Assembly (NCBI GenBank): GCA_963422365.1
Contig: OY729426.1
Coordinates: 672,001-736,000, forward strand
Direction: 5' to 3'
Length of the DNA stretch: 64,000 nt
Origin: Nitrospirales bacterium
GTDB taxonomy: Bacteria; Nitrospirota; Nitrospiria; Nitrospirales; UBA8639
Positions 1-11,083 of this stretch are shown here, piece by piece. Position 1 is the first letter of the stretch, and every line of letters starts with the position of its first letter. Made by a program: the position numbers and the translations under genes. Under the pieces are notes generated by a model. The model searched no databases. It saw nothing but the letters and a program-made list of their open reading frames with translations, and was not told the DNA's origin.

Positions 1-44
1 GCTCAGCTCAAATAGAAAGCCCGGAAAGAGAAGACCGTCGCCGG

Positions 45-1518
<1,474 letters not shown>

Positions 1519-1519
<1 letters not shown>

Positions 1520-1593
1520 TGTTTTTGCAACAAGTGGAACTAGCGAACTTCCGTGGCATTAACAATCTTCGCATCGTCTTTGACGACGTGTGA
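1519..1593 (+). pseudogene. N-terminal stub of an ABC-ATPase/OLD/YbjD-like nuclease
   Basis: ATG overlaps the hsdM stop and reads MFLQQVELANFRGINNLRIVFDDV*, the typical NFRGI start of SMC/ABC-type ATPases. It ends before the Walker A motif. Confidence 0.6.
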
Positions 1594-1713
1594 CGCCAAT
1601 TGAGACAGCAAACCGCTTACAGCATCGCATCTGAGACCGCGTTGCGCTGTGTATTAGCGCTATACTATATTGAGTGGCACATTTGTGCCACATATTCAGC
1701 TACGTTGAAGAAC

Positions 1714-2517
1714 ATGACCGTAAAATTCAAGAATCCTCCCGTCAACGAACTGATCATCTCGACGTATTTCAATCCGCCGATACATGGATTACGAAACGAA
1801 CATATTGGTCTTTTCTGGCATTCTATTAGGGACAAATTCCCGACCGTTTCCCAACAACTTCCCCTTCCTCCGGACGTTGGGGTGAACATGGATGCCCCGA
1901 TGGGGCAAGAGATTTTTCCGATGCCTAGATACTGGATGATTGCTTCAGATGATAGAAACCTTATCCAAATACAAAAGCATGCTTTTATGTTGAACTGGCG
2001 TCGCCGTGATGCTGAGTACCCGCACTATGAAAAGATAAAGCCGATTTTTGATAAATATTATTCGAAATTCCAAGCTTTTATATCGTCAGAAACCAATACG
2101 GACAATCTCCATATAGATGTGTGTGCATTGACCTACATCAATAAAATAGAAGCATGTGAATATTGGTCAGGTCCTGAAGACATCAAAACAATCATTCCGT
2201 CATTTTCAATTCCGACTATTGGCTTATCTCCGACAGAGCAACGTTATAATTGTAGCTTTAGCTATGTAATTGATAACGACCTTCAATTACGCGTCTCCGT
2301 GCATACGGCACAATCTGACCGAAATTCTGAGATTCCGATGCTTATCCTTGAAATTCAGGCATCTGGACGTATTGAGTCAGCAAACCGTTCAGAGAACAAA
2401 ACTCTTGCCGATGCATGGTTTGATCATGGTCACCAGGCAATTATCGATTGCTTCGTCAAGATGACAAACCCCGAGATACAGAATCAAAATTGGATGCCTA
2501 CGGAGCATGAGACATGA
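1714..2517 (+). CDS. TIGR04255-family-like protein
   Basis: Family-like pattern FKNPPVNE...LIQIQ..F.LNWR....YP.Y...LTYINKI. ATG at 1714 is preferred over the TTG at 1600. Confidence 0.75.
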   Translation: MTVKFKNPPVNELIISTYFNPPIHGLRNEHIGLFWHSIRDKFPTVSQQLPLPPDVGVNMDAPMGQEIFPMPRYWMIASDDRNLIQIQKHAFMLNWRRRDAEYPHYEKIKPIFDKYYSKFQAFISSETNTDNLHIDVCALTYINKIEACEYWSGPEDIKTIIPSFSIPTIGLSPTEQRYNCSFSYVIDNDLQLRVSVHTAQSDRNSEIPMLILEIQASGRIESANRSENKTLADAWFDHGHQAIIDCFVKMTNPEIQNQNWMPTEHET

Positions 2518-2981
2518 GCACAGGCCTATCAACCGACTACAACCCCCGCATTTCTGCCTACACGCCTATGAACATAGACGAGAGTGAGGCTTTTCTTCGT
2601 GAAAAAATGGCCGCAACCCAACAGGCAACAGCAGCCTATCTGCAACGAATTGCGGAACTCAAAAAAGATGCGGTGGCCGACGGCATTGCCATGAATCCCT
2701 CTTCTGAGCGCGAATTCCGGACATTTTTAGGGACTCGCGGCTTTTTCCGAAAAGGGGCACTCTTTCTTCTGGACAATGGAAACCTTCGTGCTATCTGGAA
2801 GAACGAACAGGGTGATCACATTGGTCTCCAGTTCCTCGGCAATGGAGCCATCCAATACGTCATGTTCACGCACAGGAACCCTCGGGCAAAAAATGTTTCG
2901 AGGGTAGCCGGACGCGACACCCTTGATGGCGTCCGCCGCCAGATTCTGGCTCTTGACCTCGCCGATCTGCTCTCGTCATGA
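2514..2981 (+). CDS. hypothetical protein, middle gene of a coupled three-gene operon
   Basis: 155-aa ORF with ATGA overlaps at both ends. Helical N-terminal half and beta-rich C-terminal half (GNLRAIW...HIGLQFLGNGAIQY). Confidence 0.75.
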   Translation: MSTGLSTDYNPRISAYTPMNIDESEAFLREKMAATQQATAAYLQRIAELKKDAVADGIAMNPSSEREFRTFLGTRGFFRKGALFLLDNGNLRAIWKNEQGDHIGLQFLGNGAIQYVMFTHRNPRAKNVSRVAGRDTLDGVRRQILALDLADLLSS

Positions 2982-3433
2982 AGGACGATCCGCTTCCAGA
3001 TGCTGACCACGTTGTGCGCTACGTTCGATCCGGTTTGATAGATGGTGAAGAAGTTGCCGGAGGGGCATTTCTTAGAAGAAATGGAGAACGTGCGTGTTCG
3101 ATAAACTGGCTGGACTACTTCCGAGATCAGTCAAAAGAACGGCAGGTGCGTGAAGTTCGTCGGCTCATTCGCCTCGAAATCCGTCCCAATGGGCGTTTAG
3201 CAGAACTTCATGTGGGTCGAACCAAGCAACATGTAGCCGATCATCTTACACCTCTTGACTTTGTTGAAGATCCGCTTGCTGCCGACTTAGGCAACGGGTA
3301 CCGCGAGAACCCCTCTCATGCTCTTATCAAGGGACTTCCAGACCCCGAGCAAAATTCTGAATTTTCAGAAATGATCGGAGATATGATCGCCGAATGCGTA
3401 ATCATACCTCTCCATAAAGCTATTGAAGGGTGA
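2978..3433 (+). CDS. hypothetical protein, possible ADP-ribosyltransferase-fold toxin
   Basis: 151-aa ORF with an ATGA overlap. Ordered motifs HVVRY, GAF, CSINW, DP, NPSHALI resemble the R-S-H strands of small ART-like proteins. The function is inferred. Confidence 0.6.
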   Translation: MKDDPLPDADHVVRYVRSGLIDGEEVAGGAFLRRNGERACSINWLDYFRDQSKERQVREVRRLIRLEIRPNGRLAELHVGRTKQHVADHLTPLDFVEDPLAADLGNGYRENPSHALIKGLPDPEQNSEFSEMIGDMIAECVIIPLHKAIEG

Positions 3434-3663
3434 TTTTCTCCTATTGTCGTTGCGACTGATTGCCCTCTCAAGCAATCAAAACCTGGCAGACTTGTTTTTA
3501 TTACACCGGATGGTCACCATTGCTAGCATGACCTGACAGTGCTATTGATTCATCTGTGTATCGTGTTTCCACAGGCGAGCCGCCTGTGACAGGTTGGGAA
3601 CGCCGTTCCTATACTGCCTTCCCAGACCCCACACCCCTTGTCCCTACCGCCATCACGAACTCC

Positions 3664-4713
3664 ATGATGACGACTCACCCTGCCATTCACACTGCGTCGG
3701 TCATTGGCGCCGGGGCGTGGGGCACCACGCTCGCCCGCCATTTGGTGAACCAAGGTCTCACGGTCAAGATCTGGGCCTATGAAAACGATGTGGTCGAAGG
3801 GATCAATCTCAAACGGGAAAATGCCTTGTTTTTGTCGGGCATCATCCTTCCCAAGGCGCTCGCGGCCACGCACTTTCTTCAAGACGCGGGCACCGGCACC
3901 GACTTGATCGTGCTGGCCGTCCCTTCGCATGCCATGCGACCGGTGGTCCAGCAATTGAAACCCTCCCTTTCCGATCCTCTTCCGATTGTCGTGGCGTCAA
4001 AAGGCATTGAAGAACATTCGCATCAATTGATGTCCCAGGTCCTCAACGAACTCCTGCCGTCTAACTGGGCTCATGGGATAACCGTCCTCACAGGACCTAG
4101 CTTTGCCGCTGAAGTGTGTCGAGACAAGCCCACGACCGTTTTGTTGGCCGGGGAGGAGGCCTCCCTGACGGTTCATCTGCAACACGTGTTCATGTCTCCT
4201 TCTTTTCGGGTGTACACGGGGAGTGACTTCGTCGGGGCTCAATTGGGAGGGGCACTCAAAAACGTCATGGCCATTGCCGCCGGCGTGGTGGATGGCCTGG
4301 AATTAGGTCTGAATGCACGAGCCGCGCTGATCACCCGAGGATTAGCCGAGGTGATTCGACTGGGAGTCGCGCTCGGGGCCGACGTGCATACGTTCTACGG
4401 CCTTTCAGGTTTAGGGGATTTGGTGCTAACCTGTACGGGTTCCTTCAGTCGCAATCATGCCGTCGGCCTGCAATTGGGCCGGGGCCGACGGTTGGAGGAC
4501 ATTCTGAATGAAACCGTCACCGTGGCCGAAGGCGTTCGAACCACCAAAGCCGCGCTGGCGTTGGCGCAACGGGTTCAGGTGGAAATGCCGATTGTCCAAG
4601 GCGTCCATGCGATGTTGTTCGAAGGCAAACCGCCCCAGCCAATCGTCGCTGATTTGATGTCACGATCAGCCAAAGAAGAAACCTCTTTCACGAGTTTCGG
4701 CGGCCCTCGCTGA
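3664..4713 (+). CDS. gpsA: NAD(P)H-dependent glycerol-3-phosphate dehydrogenase
   Basis: IGAGAWGT, SKGIE, GPSFA, GGALKNV, GLGDLVLTCTG.FSRN. Start codon approximate. Confidence 0.95.
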   Translation: MMTTHPAIHTASVIGAGAWGTTLARHLVNQGLTVKIWAYENDVVEGINLKRENALFLSGIILPKALAATHFLQDAGTGTDLIVLAVPSHAMRPVVQQLKPSLSDPLPIVVASKGIEEHSHQLMSQVLNELLPSNWAHGITVLTGPSFAAEVCRDKPTTVLLAGEEASLTVHLQHVFMSPSFRVYTGSDFVGAQLGGALKNVMAIAAGVVDGLELGLNARAALITRGLAEVIRLGVALGADVHTFYGLSGLGDLVLTCTGSFSRNHAVGLQLGRGRRLEDILNETVTVAEGVRTTKAALALAQRVQVEMPIVQGVHAMLFEGKPPQPIVADLMSRSAKEETSFTSFGGPR

Positions 4714-4733
4714 CCTCAGCACGGTTCACCACC

Positions 4734-5489
4734 ATGCACCCCTCGGTTCTCGAATCTCTCCTGCGGTCGGTTCAAACCGGCTCGGTGTCGGTTGCGAACG
4801 CGCTTGAACAACTGCGCACCCTGCCCTATGAGGACTTGGGATTTGCCAAGCTGGATCACCATCGGACGCTCCGTCATGGCTCACCAGAGGTGATCCTCTG
4901 TGAAGGGAAGACCGAGAAGCAGATCCTCACGATTACCCGAGGGTTGCTCAAACACAAAAATCCCGTGCTCGCGACACGCGCCGATGCCACCATCGCGCGT
5001 GCGCTCAAACGAGTGAGCCGGAAAGCGGTGTATCATCAAGCGGCACGAGTCGTGGTGATTCAGTCCACTCCCAACCCGCTTCAAGGCGATATCGTGATTG
5101 TGACCGCGGGCACGGCGGATATCCCTGTTGCAGAAGAAGCCAAAGTGACCGCCATGACGATGGGGAGTGCCGTGGACACGATTTTTGACGTGGGGGTGGC
5201 AGGGGTCCACCGATTGTTCGATCAGGTTGCTCGTCTCCAACGGGCACGCGTGGTGATTGTCGTCGCGGGCATGGATGGCGTCTTGCCCAGTGTGGTGGCT
5301 GGTCTGGTGCAAACCCCTCTCATTGCCGTACCCACGAGCAGAGGCTACGGCGCGCACTTTGGCGGGCTGGCCCCTTTACTCACGATGTTGAATGCGTGTT
5401 CCGGTGGACTCGGCGTGGTGAATATCGACAACGGGTTTGGAGCCGGCCATTTAGCGCATCGAATCAACACCCTAGTCGATCGGCCATAA
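4734..5489 (+). CDS. larB: nickel pincer cofactor biosynthesis protein LarB (PurE-like)
   Basis: LDHHR..R.G.PEVI.CEGKT, AGTADIPVAEEA, DVGVAG.HRL, AVPTS.GYGA, VVNIDNGFGA. Confidence 0.92.
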   Translation: MHPSVLESLLRSVQTGSVSVANALEQLRTLPYEDLGFAKLDHHRTLRHGSPEVILCEGKTEKQILTITRGLLKHKNPVLATRADATIARALKRVSRKAVYHQAARVVVIQSTPNPLQGDIVIVTAGTADIPVAEEAKVTAMTMGSAVDTIFDVGVAGVHRLFDQVARLQRARVVIVVAGMDGVLPSVVAGLVQTPLIAVPTSRGYGAHFGGLAPLLTMLNACSGGLGVVNIDNGFGAGHLAHRINTLVDRP

Positions 5490-5588
5490 TCGCCGCTTGG
5501 TTCTATTCACGGTCCCGTTGCTCAACCCCTTCGGCAGCCCCGGCATTGTCAAGTTGATGCGATACGTCTGAGCCTTCGCCTTCTTCAT

Positions 5589-6182
5589 CTAGGGAATCTG
5601 AACCCGTGCCATCCGAAACGAATGGAACATGTTCGAGGTGCGCGGGGTGCCGGGCGAGGGCTTTTGAGGAGAAGACACTTCAACTGTTCCTCTCACAATC
5701 AGTGAGACGACTTTAGTCTTGATAAACCCTTCCTCATTGGCCATCAACTTGGCTCGGACTTCATAGTCATACGTTCCTTGACTCACGTACTGCCTGGTCT
5801 GATCTTTCCCATCCCAGAGCAGGGTGGTCTGCATGCGAGGCTTCCCGTCCTCGATGGCCACCGCGTCCAGGGGTTGGCGGCTTACTAAAAATCGAATGGA
5901 GCGCTTGGAAGGAACACTGATGAGAGACGCGACTTCGAGTACATCGAACCGATGCACGTTCCCGGGCAACTCCACAGCCACGGTGATGGCCATGGGCCCA
6001 TCCCCTGGGGCAAAGGGCACCGGCAAGGTCGTGATGTCCACAATTTTGAGTTGCGGCAGATGGGTCTGCTTTTTCCGTTTGGCATCAAGCACTGGCGTCG
6101 CACTCAACAACGCTAGGAGCGTGACCATGCCAATGAAGGCTTGACCAAGTTTTGAACGTATCATTCGCGCACAAGCTCTCAA
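5589..6182 (-). CDS. exported hypothetical protein with FlgD Ig-like motif
   Basis: Signal-peptide-like N-terminus and WDGKD....VSQGTYDY motif. The C-terminus may be frameshifted. Confidence 0.6.
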   Translation of the reverse strand: MRACARMIRSKLGQAFIGMVTLLALLSATPVLDAKRKKQTHLPQLKIVDITTLPVPFAPGDGPMAITVAVELPGNVHRFDVLEVASLISVPSKRSIRFLVSRQPLDAVAIEDGKPRMQTTLLWDGKDQTRQYVSQGTYDYEVRAKLMANEEGFIKTKVVSLIVRGTVEVSSPQKPSPGTPRTSNMFHSFRMARVQIP

Positions 6183-6435
6183 GTTCCAGGCAGCATACGA
6201 TGCTGCAGCTACATTATAACAAGCAAGATTCTTCGTCTATAAAATATTCTGTGGTGGTCACCTGCATACAATCTCTTTAGGGTCTGGCCTGAGGGAACGT
6301 CATGGAATCTTTGCTCTGATTCTACACGCAATAAGAGAAGATCAGATCGCATTGGGAGAAATGCATTTCCAAGAAATATTCTTATGTGCTTAAATACCGT
6401 TATGCCCGAATCCTGTGTCGCAATGAAAGGTCTGC

Positions 6436-7650
6436 ATGCATCTTCACTTTGATTGTTTTTCCGGCATTAGCGGAGACATGACGTTAGGGGCCCTCGTGGA
6501 CGTGGGGCTTTCGCCGAAAGCCCTTCGACAAGGCCTCAAGGCCCTTCCTCTTTCTGGATACCGTCTCACTGTCTCAAAAGTCTCCCGCGGGGTAATCCAC
6601 GCGACGAAAGTCGATGTGATCATCTCCAAGCCGAGGGGTCAGGAGAAACATCGCTCCTGGCCACAAATCCGACGTCTCCTTTCCACGAGCCGTTTACCGT
6701 CCCTAGTCAAACAACAAGCTCTTGCGGTCTTCGAACGCATCGCCAACGCAGAAGGAACAGTGCATGGGCAAGACCCGGCAACCGTCTCGTTTCATGAAGT
6801 CGGAGCAACCGATGCCCTGGTCGATATCGTGGGGGGCCTTCTCGGCTGTCATGAGCTGGGGGTCAAGACCTTCAGCGCGACTCCCGTCAATGTTGGGGCT
6901 GGAACGATCGACAGTGCCCATGGTGCGTTGCCGATTCCCGGGCCTGCGGTTGCCGAATTAGCAAAAGGGTCCCCCATTTATTCCCACGGCCCTGCCATGG
7001 AATTGACCACTCCTACAGGGATGGCCTTGCTGACCACCTTGACGCAAACCTTTGGTCGGCTTCCGCCTGTGGTGCCCAATTCCGTTGGGTACGGGGCAGG
7101 GACAGCCAATCCACACGATTGGCCGAATGTGTTGCGCGTGTTTCTTGCCACGGCTGCCCTCACCCCTTTCTCTCTCCCAGGGGGAGAGAGTCTCGAAGCC
7201 GACCAGGTTATCCAGTTGGAAACCAACATCGACGACATGAACCCTCAAATTTACGAAGCGGTCATGGAACGCCTGTTTGAGCACGGCGCCCTTGATGTCA
7301 GCTTGACCCCGACGATCATGAAGCGGAATCGGCCAGGGATCATCCTCACGGTCTTGGCCCACCCCGAGCATGCCGGGATGCTGACGCAACGGCTTCTTCG
7401 TGAAACCACGACTCTCGGCGTGCGTAGCCAGCTCATCAACCGTGTGACGTTGTCGCGTTCCATGACAACGATCCGTCTGCCACAAGGCCGCGTGCGCGTG
7501 AAAACCGTTCACGTGGGCAACGCCATCAAATATCGGCCGGAATTTCAGGACTGCCAAGCCATTGCCAAAAAAACCGGCATCCCTGTTCAAGAGGTCATCG
7601 AACAGGTGATGCAATCGGTCCGGCTCAAGGGCCAGCCCCTGCGGTCTTAA
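6436..7650 (+). CDS. larC: nickel pincer cofactor biosynthesis protein LarC
   Basis: FDCFSGISGDMTLGALVD, FHEVGA.D, ELTTPTG, ETNIDDMNP, MKRNRPG, ETTTLGVR. Confidence 0.93.
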   Translation: MHLHFDCFSGISGDMTLGALVDVGLSPKALRQGLKALPLSGYRLTVSKVSRGVIHATKVDVIISKPRGQEKHRSWPQIRRLLSTSRLPSLVKQQALAVFERIANAEGTVHGQDPATVSFHEVGATDALVDIVGGLLGCHELGVKTFSATPVNVGAGTIDSAHGALPIPGPAVAELAKGSPIYSHGPAMELTTPTGMALLTTLTQTFGRLPPVVPNSVGYGAGTANPHDWPNVLRVFLATAALTPFSLPGGESLEADQVIQLETNIDDMNPQIYEAVMERLFEHGALDVSLTPTIMKRNRPGIILTVLAHPEHAGMLTQRLLRETTTLGVRSQLINRVTLSRSMTTIRLPQGRVRVKTVHVGNAIKYRPEFQDCQAIAKKTGIPVQEVIEQVMQSVRLKGQPLRS

Positions 7651-7653
7651 CGC

Positions 7654-8712
7654 ATGCCGAAGACTCCAACACGACAAAGGCCTTTTCTCGCCATTACCAT
7701 GGGTGACGCGGCAGGGATTGGCCCTGAGGTGATTGTCAAAGCGCTGGCTTCTCCCGTTGTGTGGCGCACGTGCCGTCCGATCGTGATCGGGTCGGTTCCG
7801 ACCCTACAACGGGAAACCCGGCGTCGTTCCTCTTCCCTCACTGTTGTTCCCTTGCATGGCGATCACAGGTGGGAAGACGGGCCAGTCATTCCCAGAGGCC
7901 ATATTCCGGTTCTTGATCCTTTGAAAATTCCATTGGGCCGCGTTCGATTAGGCCAAGCCGCCCAGGGCCCCGGAGCGGCTTCGGTTGAGTTCATTAAAAC
8001 GGCTGTGCAGTTGGCCAAGACCGGCCGTGTCTCGGGAATGGTTACGGCTCCTATCAATAAAGAATCCCTTCACCTTGCAGGGCATCCATACCCCGGGCAT
8101 ACGGAACTCCTCGCCGATCTGACGGGCACAAAACGGGTCGGGATGATGGTCATGGGCGGGCCATTAAAAATTCTGTTTGTGACGACGCATCTGGCGCTCA
8201 GGGACGTTCCCCACGCCTTGACGACCCAACTCGTGTTTCAGGCCATTCGGCTCGCTCATCACGCCATGAAAGACTATTTCAAGATCCCTCAACCTCGTAT
8301 CGGCATGGCGGCCCTGAATCCGCATGCAGGCGAGCATGGGTTGTTCGGCAGCGAAGAGCAAGACTGCATTGCGCCGGCTGTTCGTCTTGCTAAACGCGCC
8401 AGCATTCAAGCCACTGCCCCTCTTCCGGCCGATACCTTGTTCGGAGCAGCTGTTCGCGGAGCGTATGACGTGGTGGTGGCCATGTATCACGATCAAGGGC
8501 TGATCCCTCTCAAAACCGTGGCGTTCGGTCGCTGTGTGAACCTCACGGTCGGATTGCCGATCATTCGCACCTCGGTCGATCATGGCACGGCCTATGATAT
8601 CGTCGGAACAGGAAGAGCCGATCCCCAAAGCCTTCTGGAAGCGATCAAGTTGGCGAGTCAACTGACCACCACCAAGGAACAGGGAACATTTCTTAATCTC
8701 AGCGGCTCTTAG
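7654..8712 (+). CDS. pdxA: 4-hydroxythreonine-4-phosphate dehydrogenase
   Basis: TMGDAAGIGPE, TAPINKE, GHTE, LNPHAGE, MYHDQGLIP, RTSVDHGTA. Confidence 0.95.
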   Translation: MPKTPTRQRPFLAITMGDAAGIGPEVIVKALASPVVWRTCRPIVIGSVPTLQRETRRRSSSLTVVPLHGDHRWEDGPVIPRGHIPVLDPLKIPLGRVRLGQAAQGPGAASVEFIKTAVQLAKTGRVSGMVTAPINKESLHLAGHPYPGHTELLADLTGTKRVGMMVMGGPLKILFVTTHLALRDVPHALTTQLVFQAIRLAHHAMKDYFKIPQPRIGMAALNPHAGEHGLFGSEEQDCIAPAVRLAKRASIQATAPLPADTLFGAAVRGAYDVVVAMYHDQGLIPLKTVAFGRCVNLTVGLPIIRTSVDHGTAYDIVGTGRADPQSLLEAIKLASQLTTTKEQGTFLNLSGS

Positions 8713-8759
8713 CTCTAACCATAATACCTCACAAAGAATACTGAAATGGAGGAAGAACC

Positions 8760-8975
8760 ATGGTTCGTGAATATAAGGTCGAGGTTGTCGTCGAAGGCGT
8801 CATCGGGAGCCTCCTGTTCGGAGCCAGCAAACTCCCAGTTGAAAAGATGGAAGAACAGATGAACGAACTCGGCCAACAGGGATGGGAAGTGACCTTTATT
8901 GTCATTGAAAAGAAACGCCTGCTCCTGTTTTGGGAACGGGAAGCAGCTGTGATCACGTATTCCCGTTCTCGATAA
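8760..8975 (+). CDS. DUF4177-like small protein
   Basis: GGAGG RBS; EYKV...MNELGQQGWEV pattern. Confidence 0.7.
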   Translation: MVREYKVEVVVEGVIGSLLFGASKLPVEKMEEQMNELGQQGWEVTFIVIEKKRLLLFWEREAAVITYSRSR

Positions 8976-9000
8976 GACTATGGGAGGATGAAGCCTATTC

Positions 9001-10395
9001 ATGACTTCCTTCCAACCTTCTTCTGCTCGGCAAACGGCGCCCAGCCGGCTGCTGGCCCTTCAAACCCTCTTGGCCGTCGAACGCCAAAACTGCTTTGCCG
9101 ATGAGGCGTTTACCACGTTCGCCATGCATGCGAAGCTGTCACACGAAGACCAGGCCTTGGCCTTTGAGCTCGTGTATGGGGTACTCCGCCATCGGGCGAC
9201 GCTGGATTGGCGATTGAATGCGGTCTCGAGTCGTCCCGTTCATCGGCTGCCGGCAGTCCTCGCGGCCATCCTCCGTCTCGGCGTCTATCAAATGCGGTAT
9301 TTAGATCGAATCCCGGTTTCCGCTGCCGTGAACGAATCGGTCAAACTCGCCAAAGGAGTCAAAGGCCGGGACTGGCGTGGAGTGGTGAATGGCATTCTTC
9401 GAAATTTGACTCGACAGGCGGCAGTCGAATGGCCGGATATTGCTCACGACCCTGTGAACGGGTTGTCCATCACGTACTCTTGCCCGAACTGGTTGACTCA
9501 ACGCTGGATCAACCGATGGGGACTCGACCTAGCGGAAGCGATGTGCCGGCATACCGTTACCATCCCACCCCTGACGTTACGAACTAACACGCTTCGCTGT
9601 TCTCGTGACCAACTTGAAGCCAGGCTTTGCGAAGAAGGGTATACGGTTTCTCGGACGTCCATCAGCCCACAGGGACTCATCCTGGATAAATGCGGGTCGT
9701 TACAGACCTTGTCCGTGTTAAAGGAGGGTTGGTGTTATGTAGAGGATGAAGCGGCTCAGTTAGTTCCTCTGCTGTTGGATGCCAAGCCTGGGCACCGTGT
9801 GTTGGATGCGTGTGCAGCCCCTGGAGGAAAATGCTCACATATTGCGGCGTTACTGCAGAATCAGGGGGAGATCGTGGCAACCGATCGAGAGCCCCAGCGT
9901 CTGAAACGCTTGGAATCGAATCTGCATACTCTGAGGATCACGTGTGTGAAAACAGTCATGATCTCCCACGAGGCTACCCCTGCATCCTCATCGTTTCGTG
10001 ACACCTGGGTTCAGGAGGGGTTTGATCGGATTCTGGTTGATGCGCCCTGTTCAGGGTTAGGGGTACTCCGTCGCCATCCCGAAGCGAAATGGCAAAAAAC
10101 TTCCTCACAACTCGATTGGCATGGGGAACGCCAATTGGGCATCTTAGGACAGGCGTCTCCTCACTTGAGACGAGGTGGAGTCTTGGTCTATAGTGCTTGC
10201 TCAACGGAGCCTGAGGAAACCACCCAAGTCGTTTCGCGTTTTTGTCAAGACCATCCAGAATTTTGCCATGAATCATCGGCGAGCTGGCTCCCTCCGCATG
10301 CTCACTCCCTCACGAACCCGGACGGAGATTTCCTCACAGTCGGTTCCCGTTACAATATGGACGGGTTTTTTGCTGCACGACTTCGGCGAACGTAA
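9001..10395 (+). CDS. rsmB: 16S rRNA m5C967 methyltransferase RsmB
   Basis: NusB-like N-terminal domain, LDACAAPGGK, DAPCSGLG, YSACS, DGFFAA. Confidence 0.93.
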   Translation: MTSFQPSSARQTAPSRLLALQTLLAVERQNCFADEAFTTFAMHAKLSHEDQALAFELVYGVLRHRATLDWRLNAVSSRPVHRLPAVLAAILRLGVYQMRYLDRIPVSAAVNESVKLAKGVKGRDWRGVVNGILRNLTRQAAVEWPDIAHDPVNGLSITYSCPNWLTQRWINRWGLDLAEAMCRHTVTIPPLTLRTNTLRCSRDQLEARLCEEGYTVSRTSISPQGLILDKCGSLQTLSVLKEGWCYVEDEAAQLVPLLLDAKPGHRVLDACAAPGGKCSHIAALLQNQGEIVATDREPQRLKRLESNLHTLRITCVKTVMISHEATPASSSFRDTWVQEGFDRILVDAPCSGLGVLRRHPEAKWQKTSSQLDWHGERQLGILGQASPHLRRGGVLVYSACSTEPEETTQVVSRFCQDHPEFCHESSASWLPPHAHSLTNPDGDFLTVGSRYNMDGFFAARLRRT

Positions 10396-10398
10396 AAG

Positions 10399-11079
10399 AT
10401 GAGTCCCTCAACCGTCACAATCGCTCCTTCGATTCTCTCCGCTGATTTTGCGCATCTGGCCGACGAGGTCGCCGCCGTGGAAGCTGCGGGAGCCGACCTG
10501 CTTCACGTGGATGTGATGGACGGGCATTTTGTGCCCAACCTGACGATCGGCCCTCCCATTGTCGAATCGCTTCGAAAGGTGACCTCCCTCCCCCTCGACG
10601 TCCATCTCATGGTGACGAATCCAGATACCTCTATTGCCGATTTTGCCCAAGCCGGAGCCAAGTATCTCACCGTGCATACGGAAACCTGCCCCCATTTGCA
10701 CCGCACCATTCAATGCGTCAAAGAGCATGGGGTCAAGGCAGGGGTCACGCTCAACCCTTCGACCTCCTTGAGCGCCATTGAAGAAGTCATCGCGGATGTC
10801 GATCTGGTGCTGATCATGTCGGTCAACCCAGGGTTCGGAGGACAAATCTTTATCCCTGCCTGTTTAGATAAAATACGTCGGGCCAGAGAGCTCATTGATC
10901 GTACCGAAAGCCAGGCCTTACTTGAAGTGGATGGCGGAATCAAAGTCGATAACGCCGCTGCCGTTCTCAAAGCCGGGGCCGATGTCTTAGTCGCGGGGTC
11001 AGCGATTTTTCATAGCCCGAATTATTCAGATACGATTTCCGCGTTCCGCACCATTGCCCACGATCTTCCATCTCGGTAA
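10399..11079 (+). CDS. rpe: ribulose-phosphate 3-epimerase
   Basis: [37 protein letters not shown]. Confidence 0.97.
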   Translation: MSPSTVTIAPSILSADFAHLADEVAAVEAAGADLLHVDVMDGHFVPNLTIGPPIVESLRKVTSLPLDVHLMVTNPDTSIADFAQAGAKYLTVHTETCPHLHRTIQCVKEHGVKAGVTLNPSTSLSAIEEVIADVDLVLIMSVNPGFGGQIFIPACLDKIRRARELIDRTESQALLEVDGGIKVDNAAAVLKAGADVLVAGSAIFHSPNYSDTISAFRTIAHDLPSR

Positions 11080-11083
11080 TCCC

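Noticed and set aside
5490..5680. Possible frameshift extending the 5589-6182 protein with an acidic tail
   Set aside because: An alternative frame is open, but no homolog is available to decide.
4734..7650. larB and larC without larA or larE as a novel pathway
   Set aside because: Scattered lar genes are common, and the partners may lie elsewhere in the genome.
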